Shown piece by piece: positions 26,895 through 35,927 of a DNA stretch of 41,382 nucleotides (positions within the stretch are counted from its first letter, which is position 1; each line of letters opens with the position of its first letter). A program made the translations under genes and the position numbers. The stretch lies in assembly GCA_964486465.1 (NCBI GenBank), contig CAZAMI010000001.1, positions 1 through 41,382 on the forward strand, read 5' to 3'. A model generated the notes under the pieces. The model had not been told where the DNA came from and did no database searches. It saw nothing but the letters and a program-made list of their open reading frames with translations. This DNA comes from an uncultured Desulfurococcaceae archaeon. Its GTDB lineage: Archaea; Thermoproteota; Thermoprotei_A; Sulfolobales; NBVN01.

Positions 26895-27098
26895 ATGGTA
26901 CTCTTCCCTGTAAGATGCTTCACGTGTGGCGCGATAATAGGTGATAAGTGGGAGGTATTTATTGAGAGAGTAAAGAAGGGTGAAGATCCTGGTAAGGTAC
27001 TTGATTCCTTAGGTATTAAGAGGTACTGTTGTAGGAGGATGTTCATATCACACGTTAACTTAATTGAGGAAATGATTTACTACTCTAGGAAGGTGTGA
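26895..27098 (+). CDS. rpoN: DNA-directed RNA polymerase subunit N (Rpo10)
   Basis: [13 protein letters not shown]...RYCCRRM zinc motif. Length is 67 aa. Confidence 0.9.
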   Translation: MVLFPVRCFTCGAIIGDKWEVFIERVKKGEDPGKVLDSLGIKRYCCRRMFISHVNLIEEMIYYSRKV

Positions 27099-27102
27099 AA
27101 TT

Positions 27103-27738
27103 ATGTCCTCAGGATCTAGTGAGAAGGCATCAATAGAATTGCTGGTTCCCCTAAATGTATATTTAGAGGCAGGTGTGCATATAGGTACATACATATGTAC
27201 CAAGCACATGAAGAAATTCGTTTATAGACAGAGACCTGATGGACCATACATACTCGATGTGAGGAAGGTTGATGAAAGGATAAGAATTGCCGCTAAGTTT
27301 ATAGCACGATTTAAACCCGAATCAGTACTTGCAGTATCAGCTAGACAGTACGGCTTCACACCAGTAAAGAAGTTCGCTGAATATACTGGTGCTAAGTACA
27401 TCATCGGTAGATTCATACCAGGTACGTTAACAAATCCATGGCTTGACACCTATGTAGAACCCGATGTACTGATAGTTACTGACCCTAGAGTTGATCAACA
27501 GGCCATAAACGAAGCATCAAGAATAGGAATACCAGTAGTAGCTATCGCTAGCACTGATGCTAAGTTAAGTCACGTTGATATAGTAATTCCAGGAAATAAT
27601 AAAGGCAGGAGATCCTTAGCTGTCATTTACTGGTTATTAACTAGGCAAGTACTTAGGGAGAGAGGAGTCATACCACCTGATGGCGAACTACAGGAAGGAC
27701 CAGAAGCTTTTGAGACAAGGTTAACTCAAAAGGTTTAA
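27103..27738 (+). CDS. rps2: 30S ribosomal protein S2 (uS2)
   Basis: [10 protein letters not shown]..., [30 protein letters not shown]. Confidence 0.9.
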   Translation: MSSGSSEKASIELLVPLNVYLEAGVHIGTYICTKHMKKFVYRQRPDGPYILDVRKVDERIRIAAKFIARFKPESVLAVSARQYGFTPVKKFAEYTGAKYIIGRFIPGTLTNPWLDTYVEPDVLIVTDPRVDQQAINEASRIGIPVVAIASTDAKLSHVDIVIPGNNKGRRSLAVIYWLLTRQVLRERGVIPPDGELQEGPEAFETRLTQKV

Positions 27739-27779
27739 TGTTTCAGTAACTCAAGGATTTCAGTACCATTGAATTATTA

Positions 27780-28493
27780 GTGAAGGCATTGACTAAGGAA
27801 GATAGAGTAATATCTGTTCTACTTCCTCACAGTAAGTGTCCTGAGTGCCTAATCATTTGGAATGAGGCAATTAAATTATTAAAAAACATAAGTATACGTA
27901 ACTTCATAATTTTAGCTACAGGTAAGCCAGACATAGACAAGATACTCCTATACCAACCTGTACGTAATGGGTTAAGCAAATATGTAAGTAGGGAATTAAG
28001 AGACTACTACCCCATAATACGTGAGTGTAAGGATGACGTTATAGCTGAGGATGAAGTACTAAAGGACTTACTAACTAAATTTATGAATTTAATTAATTAT
28101 GAATTGATTATTGTTATAATTGTAGGTTTAAGATCACCAGATATATATTTAGGAATTGCTAAGGCAATAAAATCTATAACAAGATTTCTTCACGGAAACC
28201 TTATAGTTATCTCATTAGCTAATTTAGGTTTAGCTATGAGTGAGAATGCAGCGCTAAATAATCTTAGTAGAATCATCGATGATATAAAGAGACTTAACAT
28301 AAATGAGGAGTTTGAATTCCATCCTTATATGGACATTCCCTCATTACTAACTCTACTCACATACTTGAAGTTAATGGACAGCCATAATCTAAGTATCAAG
28401 ATATTAGGCAAGGGATCTTCGAAGTTATGTGTGGACCGTAAATGTATATACTTAAATTATGCTGGAATTGTTTTCTATGTAAAGCGTATCTAA
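27780..28493 (+). CDS. Hypothetical protein in the position of MEMO1-family (COG1355) genes; possibly a degenerate MEMO-like fold
   Basis: Sits between rps2 and the IPK cluster. It resembles MEMO blocks only weakly (VISVLLPHSK vs aiivPHAGy; FIILATGKP vs vvilGpsH; YAGIVFYV at the C-terminus). Most metal-ligand residues are absent. GTG start. Confidence 0.3.
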   Translation: MKALTKEDRVISVLLPHSKCPECLIIWNEAIKLLKNISIRNFIILATGKPDIDKILLYQPVRNGLSKYVSRELRDYYPIIRECKDDVIAEDEVLKDLLTKFMNLINYELIIVIIVGLRSPDIYLGIAKAIKSITRFLHGNLIVISLANLGLAMSENAALNNLSRIIDDIKRLNINEEFEFHPYMDIPSLLTLLTYLKLMDSHNLSIKILGKGSSKLCVDRKCIYLNYAGIVFYVKRI

Positions 28494-28541
28494 TCAAGGG
28501 AGTTGATATTAATATTTAATGCTCTAAGGTCTCGTTAAGGA

Positions 28542-29321
28542 TTGGAGGTAGTTGTGGTCAGAGTAGTCAATGAATACATACCCTTACTTCACATACCCAT
28601 ACCTAGGAGGCATAACCCTGTAGTTGTGGTACCTACGAAGAATACTCTTGAAGTGAATATTGAAAGAAGTAGTGAAGGTTTAACCTTAGAGGGTGAAGTA
28701 CCAGATGAAGTATTTAATTTCATAGTAGTGTTTGCAAATATTCTCATGAGGAAGTTTAGATATAAGGATAGATTTAAGGGTCTAACTATAAGGCTAAGAG
28801 GAGATCATGTAAATACTCTTTACCTCTATGCACTACTAACAAATATTATTGCCGAGTACCTAGCTGGAGGCATAGACTATGAAATCCTTAAGGGATTATA
28901 CTATATCGATAGGGAAATAGGATTCGAGGATGTTATTTACGCTCTAAGACTTGCATTAATTATTAAGAAACCATTCATATGGAGGCTAGGTGAGGATGCC
29001 GTAAGTTTAGATAAAATGGTATATGCAGAAGTAACTTCAAGATCTCTTCATGTTGATATGAGATTAATACCTGAAGTCCCTTTGATTGATTTAATAACGC
29101 ATATGGCTGGTTTAAGCATTATTGAGGGTTTTAAGTGCATAGGTGAAGGACGAAGCTTAAGGGGTGTTTTAAGAATAATGAATTCACTATGGCACATACT
29201 TTATGGTATACATTTAGATGAGGATGTTGAGGAGAACGTTCTAAGTTATAGAGCCTTTGTAAAGGAAATTAACGGATGCAGCTTAATATCGTTTAGATTA
29301 GTTTATGGGGATAGTACATGA
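28542..29321 (+). CDS. GHMP-kinase-like protein lacking the ATP-binding P-loop (sits in the mevalonate-kinase slot)
   Basis: Its stop overlaps the IPK start (ATGA). GLTIRLRGDHVNTLYLYALLTNIIAEYL aligns by eye to GHMP motif II (G.xIxIxSxIPxGSGLGSSAAxxVA), but the GSGLGSSAA stretch is replaced. YYIDREIGFED matches the MVK 'vEkEiqG' block. KEINGCSLISFRL stands in for motif III (KLTGAGGGGC). Confidence 0.4.
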   Translation: MEVVVVRVVNEYIPLLHIPIPRRHNPVVVVPTKNTLEVNIERSSEGLTLEGEVPDEVFNFIVVFANILMRKFRYKDRFKGLTIRLRGDHVNTLYLYALLTNIIAEYLAGGIDYEILKGLYYIDREIGFEDVIYALRLALIIKKPFIWRLGEDAVSLDKMVYAEVTSRSLHVDMRLIPEVPLIDLITHMAGLSIIEGFKCIGEGRSLRGVLRIMNSLWHILYGIHLDEDVEENVLSYRAFVKEINGCSLISFRLVYGDST

Positions 29322-30091
29322 GGATAGTAAAGATAGGTGGTTCAGCAATATCTAATAAGAGGAAGCCATTCTCTATTAAGTTTAATGTACTATCGATGAT
29401 AGTAGATGATATAGCTCAATATGTTAGAGAGAAATCAACAGACTTAGTACTAATTCATGGTGGTGGGAGTTTCGGGCATCCTATAGTGCATGAGTGTATG
29501 AGTACTACAGGTATAGATCCTAAATGCTTCTCCATCACTTCAGAGGCTATGATAGCACTCAACATGATAGTTGTATCAGAATTATTGAGTAGGGGGGTTA
29601 ATGTCGTCTCTATACCACCACATACAATATGTGAAGCCGTTAACGACGAATTTAAGTGTGACATGAATATCGTTAAGAAATACCTAGATAAAGGTGTTAT
29701 GCCTATCCTGTATGGCGATGTAGTATTGAGTAAGTTTAATGAGAATTTTAAAGTGATATCGGGTGATGTAATCTCATGGCTCTTGGTAAGGGAATTAAAT
29801 GCTTCAACATTAATCTTTGTAACCGATGTTGATGGTCTCTACACTAAAGATCCCAAGAAGTATCCTGATGCTTCATTCATAAGGGAATTAAATAAGAGTG
29901 AAATAGTGAATATAGCATTAAGTAGTAGCGAGGATGTTGATGTGACGGGAGGTATGCTCAGTAAGTTACTTTTAGGCATTAAGTTAGGTATAAGTAACGT
30001 TAAGGTAATAATAATGAATGTTGATAAGAAAGGAAAGCTATTTAATGCCTTGATAGGTCGTGAGATTAGAGGAACAATAATATGGTACTGA
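29318..30091 (+). CDS. ipk: Isopentenyl phosphate kinase (amino-acid-kinase fold)
   Basis: VKIGGSAISNK, LIHGGGSFGH, DVTGGM. It lies immediately upstream of type-2 IDI. Confidence 0.8.
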   Translation: MRIVKIGGSAISNKRKPFSIKFNVLSMIVDDIAQYVREKSTDLVLIHGGGSFGHPIVHECMSTTGIDPKCFSITSEAMIALNMIVVSELLSRGVNVVSIPPHTICEAVNDEFKCDMNIVKKYLDKGVMPILYGDVVLSKFNENFKVISGDVISWLLVRELNASTLIFVTDVDGLYTKDPKKYPDASFIRELNKSEIVNIALSSSEDVDVTGGMLSKLLLGIKLGISNVKVIIMNVDKKGKLFNALIGREIRGTIIWY

Positions 30092-31152
30092 GGGGAAATC
30101 CTCAAAGAAAGCTCGAACATATAGACATAGTGCTTAAGGAGGACGTTGAAGGCCCCCTAACAACGTTCTTTGAATACATATTTATACCTCATTACGCATC
30201 TTCGGAAGTTTGTATTGATGATGTTAATTTAAGTACTAAATTCTTGGGTAAGAACGTTGACGCACCAATAATGATCTCAGGTATGACGGGTGGGGCACCG
30301 AGTACTGAAAAAATTAATGAGGCATTAGCGTCCATAGCTGAGGAATTAAGGATAGCGATAGGTGTTGGAAGTGAGAGAGCAGCAATCGAGGATAGCTCTC
30401 TTGAGTACACCTTCAGAATAGTTAGAAGAGTTGCAAAAACGGTACCAGTAGTAGCTAATATTGGTGCTGCTGAATTCGTTAAGTATGATTTAAAGAGCAT
30501 AGAAAAAGCCGTAGAGATTGTGGAAGCAGATGCTCTAGCAATCCACCTAAACCTCCCTCAAGAATATGCCCAACCTGAGGGTAGAGCCTCCTTCAAAGGA
30601 TTTAAAGAGAAGCTTATGGTTGTTAAAGATTACCTTTCTGTCCCCATAATAATTAAGGAAGTAGGTTTTGGATTATCATATGAGGTGGCTAAGGAGTTAA
30701 ATACTATAGGAATTAAGTACTTTGATGTGGCAGGGGCGGGAGGTACTAATTGGGTTAAAGTTGAAGGTATTAGAGCTATGAGAGGTAACGAAGGCGTTAA
30801 GGTAATGATGGCACAAAACATTATTGAGTGGGGCATACCTACAGCAGCCTCAATAATTGAAGTAAGGAATGCCGCACCTAAAGCATTCATAATAGGTAGT
30901 GGTGGGATTAGATCAGCTTATGATGCTGTTAAGGCATTAAGGATAGGTGCTGATATGGTTGGTATTGCTCGACCTATATTAAGAATGCTAATTGAGGGTA
31001 AACTTAGAGATTACATGAAGGCATTCATACTCTCGATGAAAGCGTTAATAGCCATGACCAATTCTAGAGACGTTAATGAATTAAGATTAAAACCTGTAAT
31101 AATAGTTGGTTTACTTAAGGAATGGATTGAAAGTAGAGGGTTAAGGATATAG
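30082..31152 (+). CDS. fni: Isopentenyl-diphosphate delta-isomerase, type 2 (FMN-dependent)
   Basis: RKLEHIDI, ISGMTGG, VAGAGGTNWVKVEG, GSGGIRS. Confidence 0.85.
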   Translation: MVLRGNPQRKLEHIDIVLKEDVEGPLTTFFEYIFIPHYASSEVCIDDVNLSTKFLGKNVDAPIMISGMTGGAPSTEKINEALASIAEELRIAIGVGSERAAIEDSSLEYTFRIVRRVAKTVPVVANIGAAEFVKYDLKSIEKAVEIVEADALAIHLNLPQEYAQPEGRASFKGFKEKLMVVKDYLSVPIIIKEVGFGLSYEVAKELNTIGIKYFDVAGAGGTNWVKVEGIRAMRGNEGVKVMMAQNIIEWGIPTAASIIEVRNAAPKAFIIGSGGIRSAYDAVKALRIGADMVGIARPILRMLIEGKLRDYMKAFILSMKALIAMTNSRDVNELRLKPVIIVGLLKEWIESRGLRI

Positions 31153-31231
31153 AGAAAACTTAATGCATTAACAACTTAAGCGGAAAGAACTTTATCTATG
31201 TAATCTAAGTAGTAGTTGTGGGTATAGTACT

Positions 31232-32236
31232 ATGGAGTTTAATGATCTTCTGAATTACGCGAGAAACATAGCTAAACGAGTTAATGAAGTAATATTTGAG
31301 ATTGTAAAGGGTGAACCTAGGGTACTCTATGATGCAGCTCTACATTTAATTAAAGCTGGAGGTAAGAGGTTAAGACCTTTACTATTAGTGTTATCTGGCA
31401 GACTTTATGGTTTAAATGAAGATATAGGTATTAGAGCTAGTGCTTCTGTCGAAATACTTCATAACTTCACATTAATACACGATGATATAATGGATCACGA
31501 TACAACTCGTAGAGGCGTACCGACAGTCCATGTTCTTTGGGGTGAGGATATAGCCATATTGGCTGGTGATCTACTATTTTCTCTATCGTATAAGGCATTA
31601 ACGAATCTCGTAAAGTATGGTATTGACCCTGATAGAGTGGTTAGGGCTATAGATACATTAACATGGGCAGCCAAAACGGTTGCCGAGGGACAGGCACTAG
31701 ATATGGAACTATCTAAGAGAAGTAATGCATCATTAGAGGATTACATAAACATGGTATATAAGAAGACAGCAGCACTCTTCGAAGCAAGCTCTGCTATAGG
31801 TGCTATATTAGCTGGAGCACCCAATGAGGAGGTAGAGAAGGTCAGAATGTATGCCTTAAGTATCGGTATTGCCTTTCAGATACGTGACGATGAACTAGGC
31901 TTAATAGCTGATGAGAAAAAACTAGGTAAACCCAAGTACAGTGATCTAAGGGAGGGTAAGAGAACAATACTTGTTATTCACGCACTTAATAATTTAAGTG
32001 AGGATAAGAGAAGCAAACTACTATCAATACTAGGTAAGAGGGATGCTTCAAGAAGTGAATTGGAGTACGCTACTAAACTGATAATAGATTCAGGCGCCCT
32101 AGAATTTAGTAATAAATTAGCTCAAGAATACCTAGAGAGGGGCATTAGGGCTCTAAACTCTACTAGTTATAAGGATCTCAAAGCTAAGGAATTATTATTA
32201 AAGCTTGCATACTTCTTTGCAAGGAGGCAATATTAA
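31232..32236 (+). CDS. idsA: Geranylgeranyl (short-chain polyprenyl) diphosphate synthase
   Basis: GGKRLRP, first Asp-rich motif LIHDDIMD, KTAALF, second Asp-rich region FQIRDDELG, GKPKYSDLREGKRT. Confidence 0.85.
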   Translation: MEFNDLLNYARNIAKRVNEVIFEIVKGEPRVLYDAALHLIKAGGKRLRPLLLVLSGRLYGLNEDIGIRASASVEILHNFTLIHDDIMDHDTTRRGVPTVHVLWGEDIAILAGDLLFSLSYKALTNLVKYGIDPDRVVRAIDTLTWAAKTVAEGQALDMELSKRSNASLEDYINMVYKKTAALFEASSAIGAILAGAPNEEVEKVRMYALSIGIAFQIRDDELGLIADEKKLGKPKYSDLREGKRTILVIHALNNLSEDKRSKLLSILGKRDASRSELEYATKLIIDSGALEFSNKLAQEYLERGIRALNSTSYKDLKAKELLLKLAYFFARRQY

Positions 32237-32670
32237 TGAAGAGAAAAGCAACAAAGAAAGTACTTGACGAATTAAGAAAGATACAACATGCATATAAACC
32301 AACGAAGTGCTATCTAATATCTAATGAACTAAAGGAAGAGATAGACTGTGTTGAATTAGCTAACAAGCTCTACCTTAAAGCACTAGATAAGGAATTTGAA
32401 ATATGTAATGAACGTTTAAATAAGTGCTACCGCATTAGTAAGGGCTCCAAAATAGAATGCATTGAGGTTGTAGGGCATGATGTTTACCTACTAAAGGATG
32501 AGTTAGAGGATGTGAACGTTAATGATAGATTGAGCTATGTTGTAACAAATAAGGGTGAAGTGAGAAGTATAAGATCTCCGTATAAAGGTAAAATACTTCT
32601 CATACATGAAGTCCTTGGTGAGAAGTACACTCATTATAGAATATTCGTTGAGGTGAGGAGCCATGAGTAA
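32236..32670 (+). CDS. Hypothetical protein; the C-terminus resembles a biotin/lipoyl-type hybrid barrel
   Basis: 144 aa. Its ATG shares one base with the idsA stop, and its end overlaps the gltX start by 8 nt. VVTNKGEVRSIRSPYKGKILLI resembles the hybrid-barrel hairpin but has no modifiable Lys context that I can assert. Confidence 0.45.
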   Translation: MKRKATKKVLDELRKIQHAYKPTKCYLISNELKEEIDCVELANKLYLKALDKEFEICNERLNKCYRISKGSKIECIEVVGHDVYLLKDELEDVNVNDRLSYVVTNKGEVRSIRSPYKGKILLIHEVLGEKYTHYRIFVEVRSHE

Positions 32671-34441
32671 CGAGGAACTTAGTAAGGAGCTTAAGGATGA
32701 GATATATGGATTAGCATTAAAGAACGCCATAGAACATAACGGTAAGGCATTACCCGGACCTGTAATTAGTAAGTTCCTGGGTAGGCATCCTGAACTAAGA
32801 TCTAAAGCCAAAGTAATAGTGCAAATAGTGAAAAGTTTAGTGAGTGAAGTAAATAAGTTAAGTCTAGATAAGCAGATTAAGCTATTGAAGGAGAAATTCC
32901 CTGAACTGATGGAGGAAAGACTACCTAGAGAAGAAAGAAAAGGCTTACCACCATTACCTAATGCAAGTAAATACAAGGTAATAATTACTAGATTTGCACC
33001 AAATCCAGACTTCCTAATACATTTAGGCAATGCTAGACCAGCAATTCTTAGCTACGAATATGTACGTATGTACAAAGGTAAGATGATATTAAGGTTTGAA
33101 GACACTGATCCAAAGAATAAGGCACCACTACCTGAGGCTTACGATATGATTAGAGAGGATTTACTATGGCTAGGAGTTAAGTGGGATGAGGAATACGTTC
33201 AATCACTTAGACTGGAAATTTACTATGAAATCGCTAAGGAAGCCATAAGAAGAGGTGGTGCTTACGTAGATTTATGTACTCAAAATGAATTTAGGAAGTA
33301 TAAGTTAGAAAGAAGACCCTGTCCACATAGAGATCAGGACATAGAAAAGAACTTAGAGCTATTTGATAAAATGATTGAAGGATACTTTACTGAGGGTGAG
33401 GCGGTACTTAGAATTAAGACCGATTTGAATTATCCTGATCCTTCAGTAATAGATTGGGTTGCATTTAGAATAATCGATACGGATAGGTATCCTCACCCAA
33501 TAGTTGGGAGCAAGTATGTAGTATGGCCCACATACAACTTTGCAGCAGCAGTTGATGATCATTTAATGGGTGTAACGCACATACTTAGAGGTAAGGAGCA
33601 TGCGGTTAACACCATAAAGCAGAAGTTTCTTTACATGCACTTAGGTTGGAGTTATCCCGAAGTTGTTAATCTAGGTAGGCTTAAACTTGAGGGATTCATA
33701 TTAAGTAAGTCCAAGATAAAGGAGTTATTAAGTAAATATGGTAATAAATTTAAAGGTCCCGATGATCCCCGATTTGGTACAATAGCCTCACTGAGAAGTA
33801 GGGGTATAGAACCTGAAGCTATAAGGCAATTAATTATGGAAGTGGGGGTCAAAGAGGTTGATGCAAGCATCAGCTGGGATAATTTGTCAGCAATAAATAG
33901 GAAGATAATAGATCCTAAGGTTAAGAGGGTTATGGTAATCAGGAATCCCATCAAACTTGTAGTAGAGAATTATGAAGGACCTGATAAAGTGCTTTTACCG
34001 TACCATCCCGATAATAAAGAGCTTGGTTATAGAGAAGTAAGAATTAATAGGATAGGTTCACGTGCCGAGTTCTTCATAGAGAAGGATGACGTAGAGCATC
34101 TACGTGAGAGAGGAGGTGTTAGGCTCATGGAATGCTGTAATGTGAGAGTACTTTCAGTAAGTGAAATTGAAGGTAAGGTTAAAGCTGAGTACATAGGTAA
34201 GGATTTAATGCAAGCTAAAGAGCTGAAGTTTAAGATAATTCATTGGCTACCCACATCAGAATATGTTGATGTTACCATAATAATACCTGAGGGTCTAAGA
34301 CTAAAGCGTATTAAAGCACTAGGTGAGGCAAGCCTAGCAAACAGCAAGGTAGGTGAGAGGTATCAATTCATTAGGTATGGCTTCTTCAAAGTAGAACGTG
34401 TAGGTAGGAGTAAAATTGCTGTCTTATTTATTCATGAATAA
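32663..34441 (+). CDS. gltX: Glutamyl-tRNA synthetase (archaeal/eukaryotic type)
   Basis: FAPNPDFLIHLGNARPA (HIGH) and ILSKSK (KMSKS). Length is 592 aa. Confidence 0.85.
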   Translation: MSNEELSKELKDEIYGLALKNAIEHNGKALPGPVISKFLGRHPELRSKAKVIVQIVKSLVSEVNKLSLDKQIKLLKEKFPELMEERLPREERKGLPPLPNASKYKVIITRFAPNPDFLIHLGNARPAILSYEYVRMYKGKMILRFEDTDPKNKAPLPEAYDMIREDLLWLGVKWDEEYVQSLRLEIYYEIAKEAIRRGGAYVDLCTQNEFRKYKLERRPCPHRDQDIEKNLELFDKMIEGYFTEGEAVLRIKTDLNYPDPSVIDWVAFRIIDTDRYPHPIVGSKYVVWPTYNFAAAVDDHLMGVTHILRGKEHAVNTIKQKFLYMHLGWSYPEVVNLGRLKLEGFILSKSKIKELLSKYGNKFKGPDDPRFGTIASLRSRGIEPEAIRQLIMEVGVKEVDASISWDNLSAINRKIIDPKVKRVMVIRNPIKLVVENYEGPDKVLLPYHPDNKELGYREVRINRIGSRAEFFIEKDDVEHLRERGGVRLMECCNVRVLSVSEIEGKVKAEYIGKDLMQAKELKFKIIHWLPTSEYVDVTIIIPEGLRLKRIKALGEASLANSKVGERYQFIRYGFFKVERVGRSKIAVLFIHE

Positions 34442-34491
34442 TTTAGACTTAAGCTTATAAAGTGTAAGCCCGATTTTTAGCGGGCGACGAC

Positions 34492-34498
34492 GGAGGTG
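34492..34498 (+). promoter_or_regulatory. Shine-Dalgarno (GGAGGTG) for rpl7ae
   Basis: A strong anti-16S match 7 nt upstream of ATG 34506. Confidence 0.5.
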
Positions 34499-34505
34499 GA
34501 TGAGA

Positions 34506-34892
34506 ATGAGCAAGCCACCTTATGTTAGATTTGAAGTCCCACCTGAAATAGCCGAGAAGGCGTATGAGGCTTTAAGGAAGGCTAGAGAAACTGGTGGAAA
34601 GATTAAGAAGGGAACTAATGAGACAACGAAAGCTGTTGAGAGAGGCTTAGCGAAGCTAGTTCTGATAGCTGAGGACGTAGATCCACCAGAGGTTGTCATG
34701 CATCTACCGTTATTGTGTGAGGAGAAGAAGGTTCCATACCTTTACGTACCAAGTAAGAAGAGATTGGGTGAGGCAGCTGGCATAGAGGTTGCAGCAGCTA
34801 GTGCAGCAATACTGGATCCTGGCGGCGCTAAGGACTTACTCGAGGAATTAGTTAGGGCATATCAGGAACTTAAGTCTAAGGCGGGTAAGTAA
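34506..34892 (+). CDS. rpl7ae: 50S ribosomal protein L7Ae (K-turn binding)
   Basis: [12 protein letters not shown]...[45 protein letters not shown]. The track ORF starts two codons earlier, at 34500. Confidence 0.9.
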   Translation: MSKPPYVRFEVPPEIAEKAYEALRKARETGGKIKKGTNETTKAVERGLAKLVLIAEDVDPPEVVMHLPLLCEEKKVPYLYVPSKKRLGEAAGIEVAAASAAILDPGGAKDLLEELVRAYQELKSKAGK

Positions 34893-34897
34893 TTTTT
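34893..34897 (+). terminator. Oligo-T tract directly after the rpl7ae stop (a second T6 lies at 34930-34935)
   Basis: The sequence reads taaTTTTTaag. Archaeal intrinsic termination uses T runs. Confidence 0.35.
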
Positions 34898-34933
34898 AAG
34901 TAGCCTTAGAGTAACTAACCCAGGCAACCTTTT

Positions 34934-35200
34934 TTATCTCCTAGCAGTCAGCTTTCTAGCCTCTCTCTCAGTTTCTCTTAAGATAACTATATCACCTATC
35001 CTTACTGGCCCTTTTATATTACGTGTTATTATCCTCCCTTTATCCCTACCTTCAAGAACTCTAACTCTGACCTGCGTTATCTCGCCAGTGACTCCCGTCC
35101 TACCAACTATCTGAATAACTTCAGCTGGAAATCCAAAATCCTCAATGACGTTTACTGGTTTATCTGCTACATCAACCCTCCTTTCCCCTTCCCTACTCAT
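34934..35200 (-). CDS. rps28e: 30S ribosomal protein S28e (eS28)
   Basis: [61 protein letters not shown] start at ATG 35200-35198. The track's 167-aa version runs antisense into rpl24e. Confidence 0.85.
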   Translation of the reverse strand: MSREGERRVDVADKPVNVIEDFGFPAEVIQIVGRTGVTGEITQVRVRVLEGRDKGRIITRNIKGPVRIGDIVILRETEREARKLTARR

Positions 35201-35294
35201 CAACACACACCGATGTAGTATGTAGTATTTGGGATTTATAAGGATTGTTAAAACTTTTAAGTGTCTTCCACTCAAAATCTGTGGTGTGGATTTA

Positions 35295-35492
35295 ATGCCA
35301 AGAATAAGGAAATGCTCATTCTGTGGTGCGGACATACCACCAGGTACTGGCATGATGTACGTTAAGAATGATGGTACGATACTCTGGTTCTGCTCTAGTA
35401 AATGTTTTAAGAGTTTTAAAATGGGTAGAGATCCCAAGAGATTACCCTGGACTACATACTATCTCGGGAAGGGTAGGAGGTCGAAGGCATAG
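35295..35492 (+). CDS. rpl24e: 50S ribosomal protein L24e (eL24)
   Basis: [39 protein letters not shown] zinc ribbon. ATG at 35295. Confidence 0.85.
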   Translation: MPRIRKCSFCGADIPPGTGMMYVKNDGTILWFCSSKCFKSFKMGRDPKRLPWTTYYLGKGRRSKA

Positions 35493-35926
35493 TGGATCAG
35501 ATCACATTACTAATAATAAAACCAGATGGTGTTAGGAGAGGATTAATAGGTGAGGTATTAAGGAGAATAGAGGCTAAGGGATTAAGGATTTTAAATATAA
35601 GGATGGTGAAACTCAAAAAAGTATGTGCTGAAAAATTGTACGATATACATAGGGGGAAGGAATTCTTTAAACCACTCATAGAGTTTATGACTTCAGGCCC
35701 CATAGTTGCCGTCATAGTTAAAGGTGATGAAGCTGTAAACGTCGTTAGAATCTTAGTAGGGCCTACAGACGGAAGGAAGGCACCGCCAGGAACTATTAGA
35801 GGTGACTTCTCATTATCAGTTAGGGAGAATGTAGTTCATGCAGCTGATAGTGAGGATAGAGCTAAGTATGAGATATCAATTGTATTCGATCCCGAATGTG
35901 ATGAGGGTAAGTTAATGTATGAATAG
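35492..35926 (+). CDS. ndk: Nucleoside diphosphate kinase
   Basis: TLLIIKPDGVRRGLIGEV..., GPTDGRKAPPGTIRGDF, NVVHAADS (active-site His). GTG start. Confidence 0.85.
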   Translation: MDQITLLIIKPDGVRRGLIGEVLRRIEAKGLRILNIRMVKLKKVCAEKLYDIHRGKEFFKPLIEFMTSGPIVAVIVKGDEAVNVVRILVGPTDGRKAPPGTIRGDFSLSVRENVVHAADSEDRAKYEISIVFDPECDEGKLMYE

Positions 35927-35927
35927 G

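Noticed and set aside
32503-33030. 175-aa minus-strand ORF antisense to the gltX and hypothetical-protein junction
   Set aside because: It lies entirely inside well-supported plus-strand genes. It is Ser/Leu-rich and low in complexity, as expected for the antisense of purine-rich (GAA/AAG) coding sequence. It has no motifs.
35201-35437. N-terminal extension of the S28e ORF to 167 aa. Similar extensions occur for nikR to 2826, alaX to 3726, osmC to 21059 and rpl24e to 35229.
   Set aside because: The extensions are hydrophobic or low in complexity. They overlap neighbouring genes or promoters and are absent from the known family N-termini. Internal ATGs give canonical protein starts.
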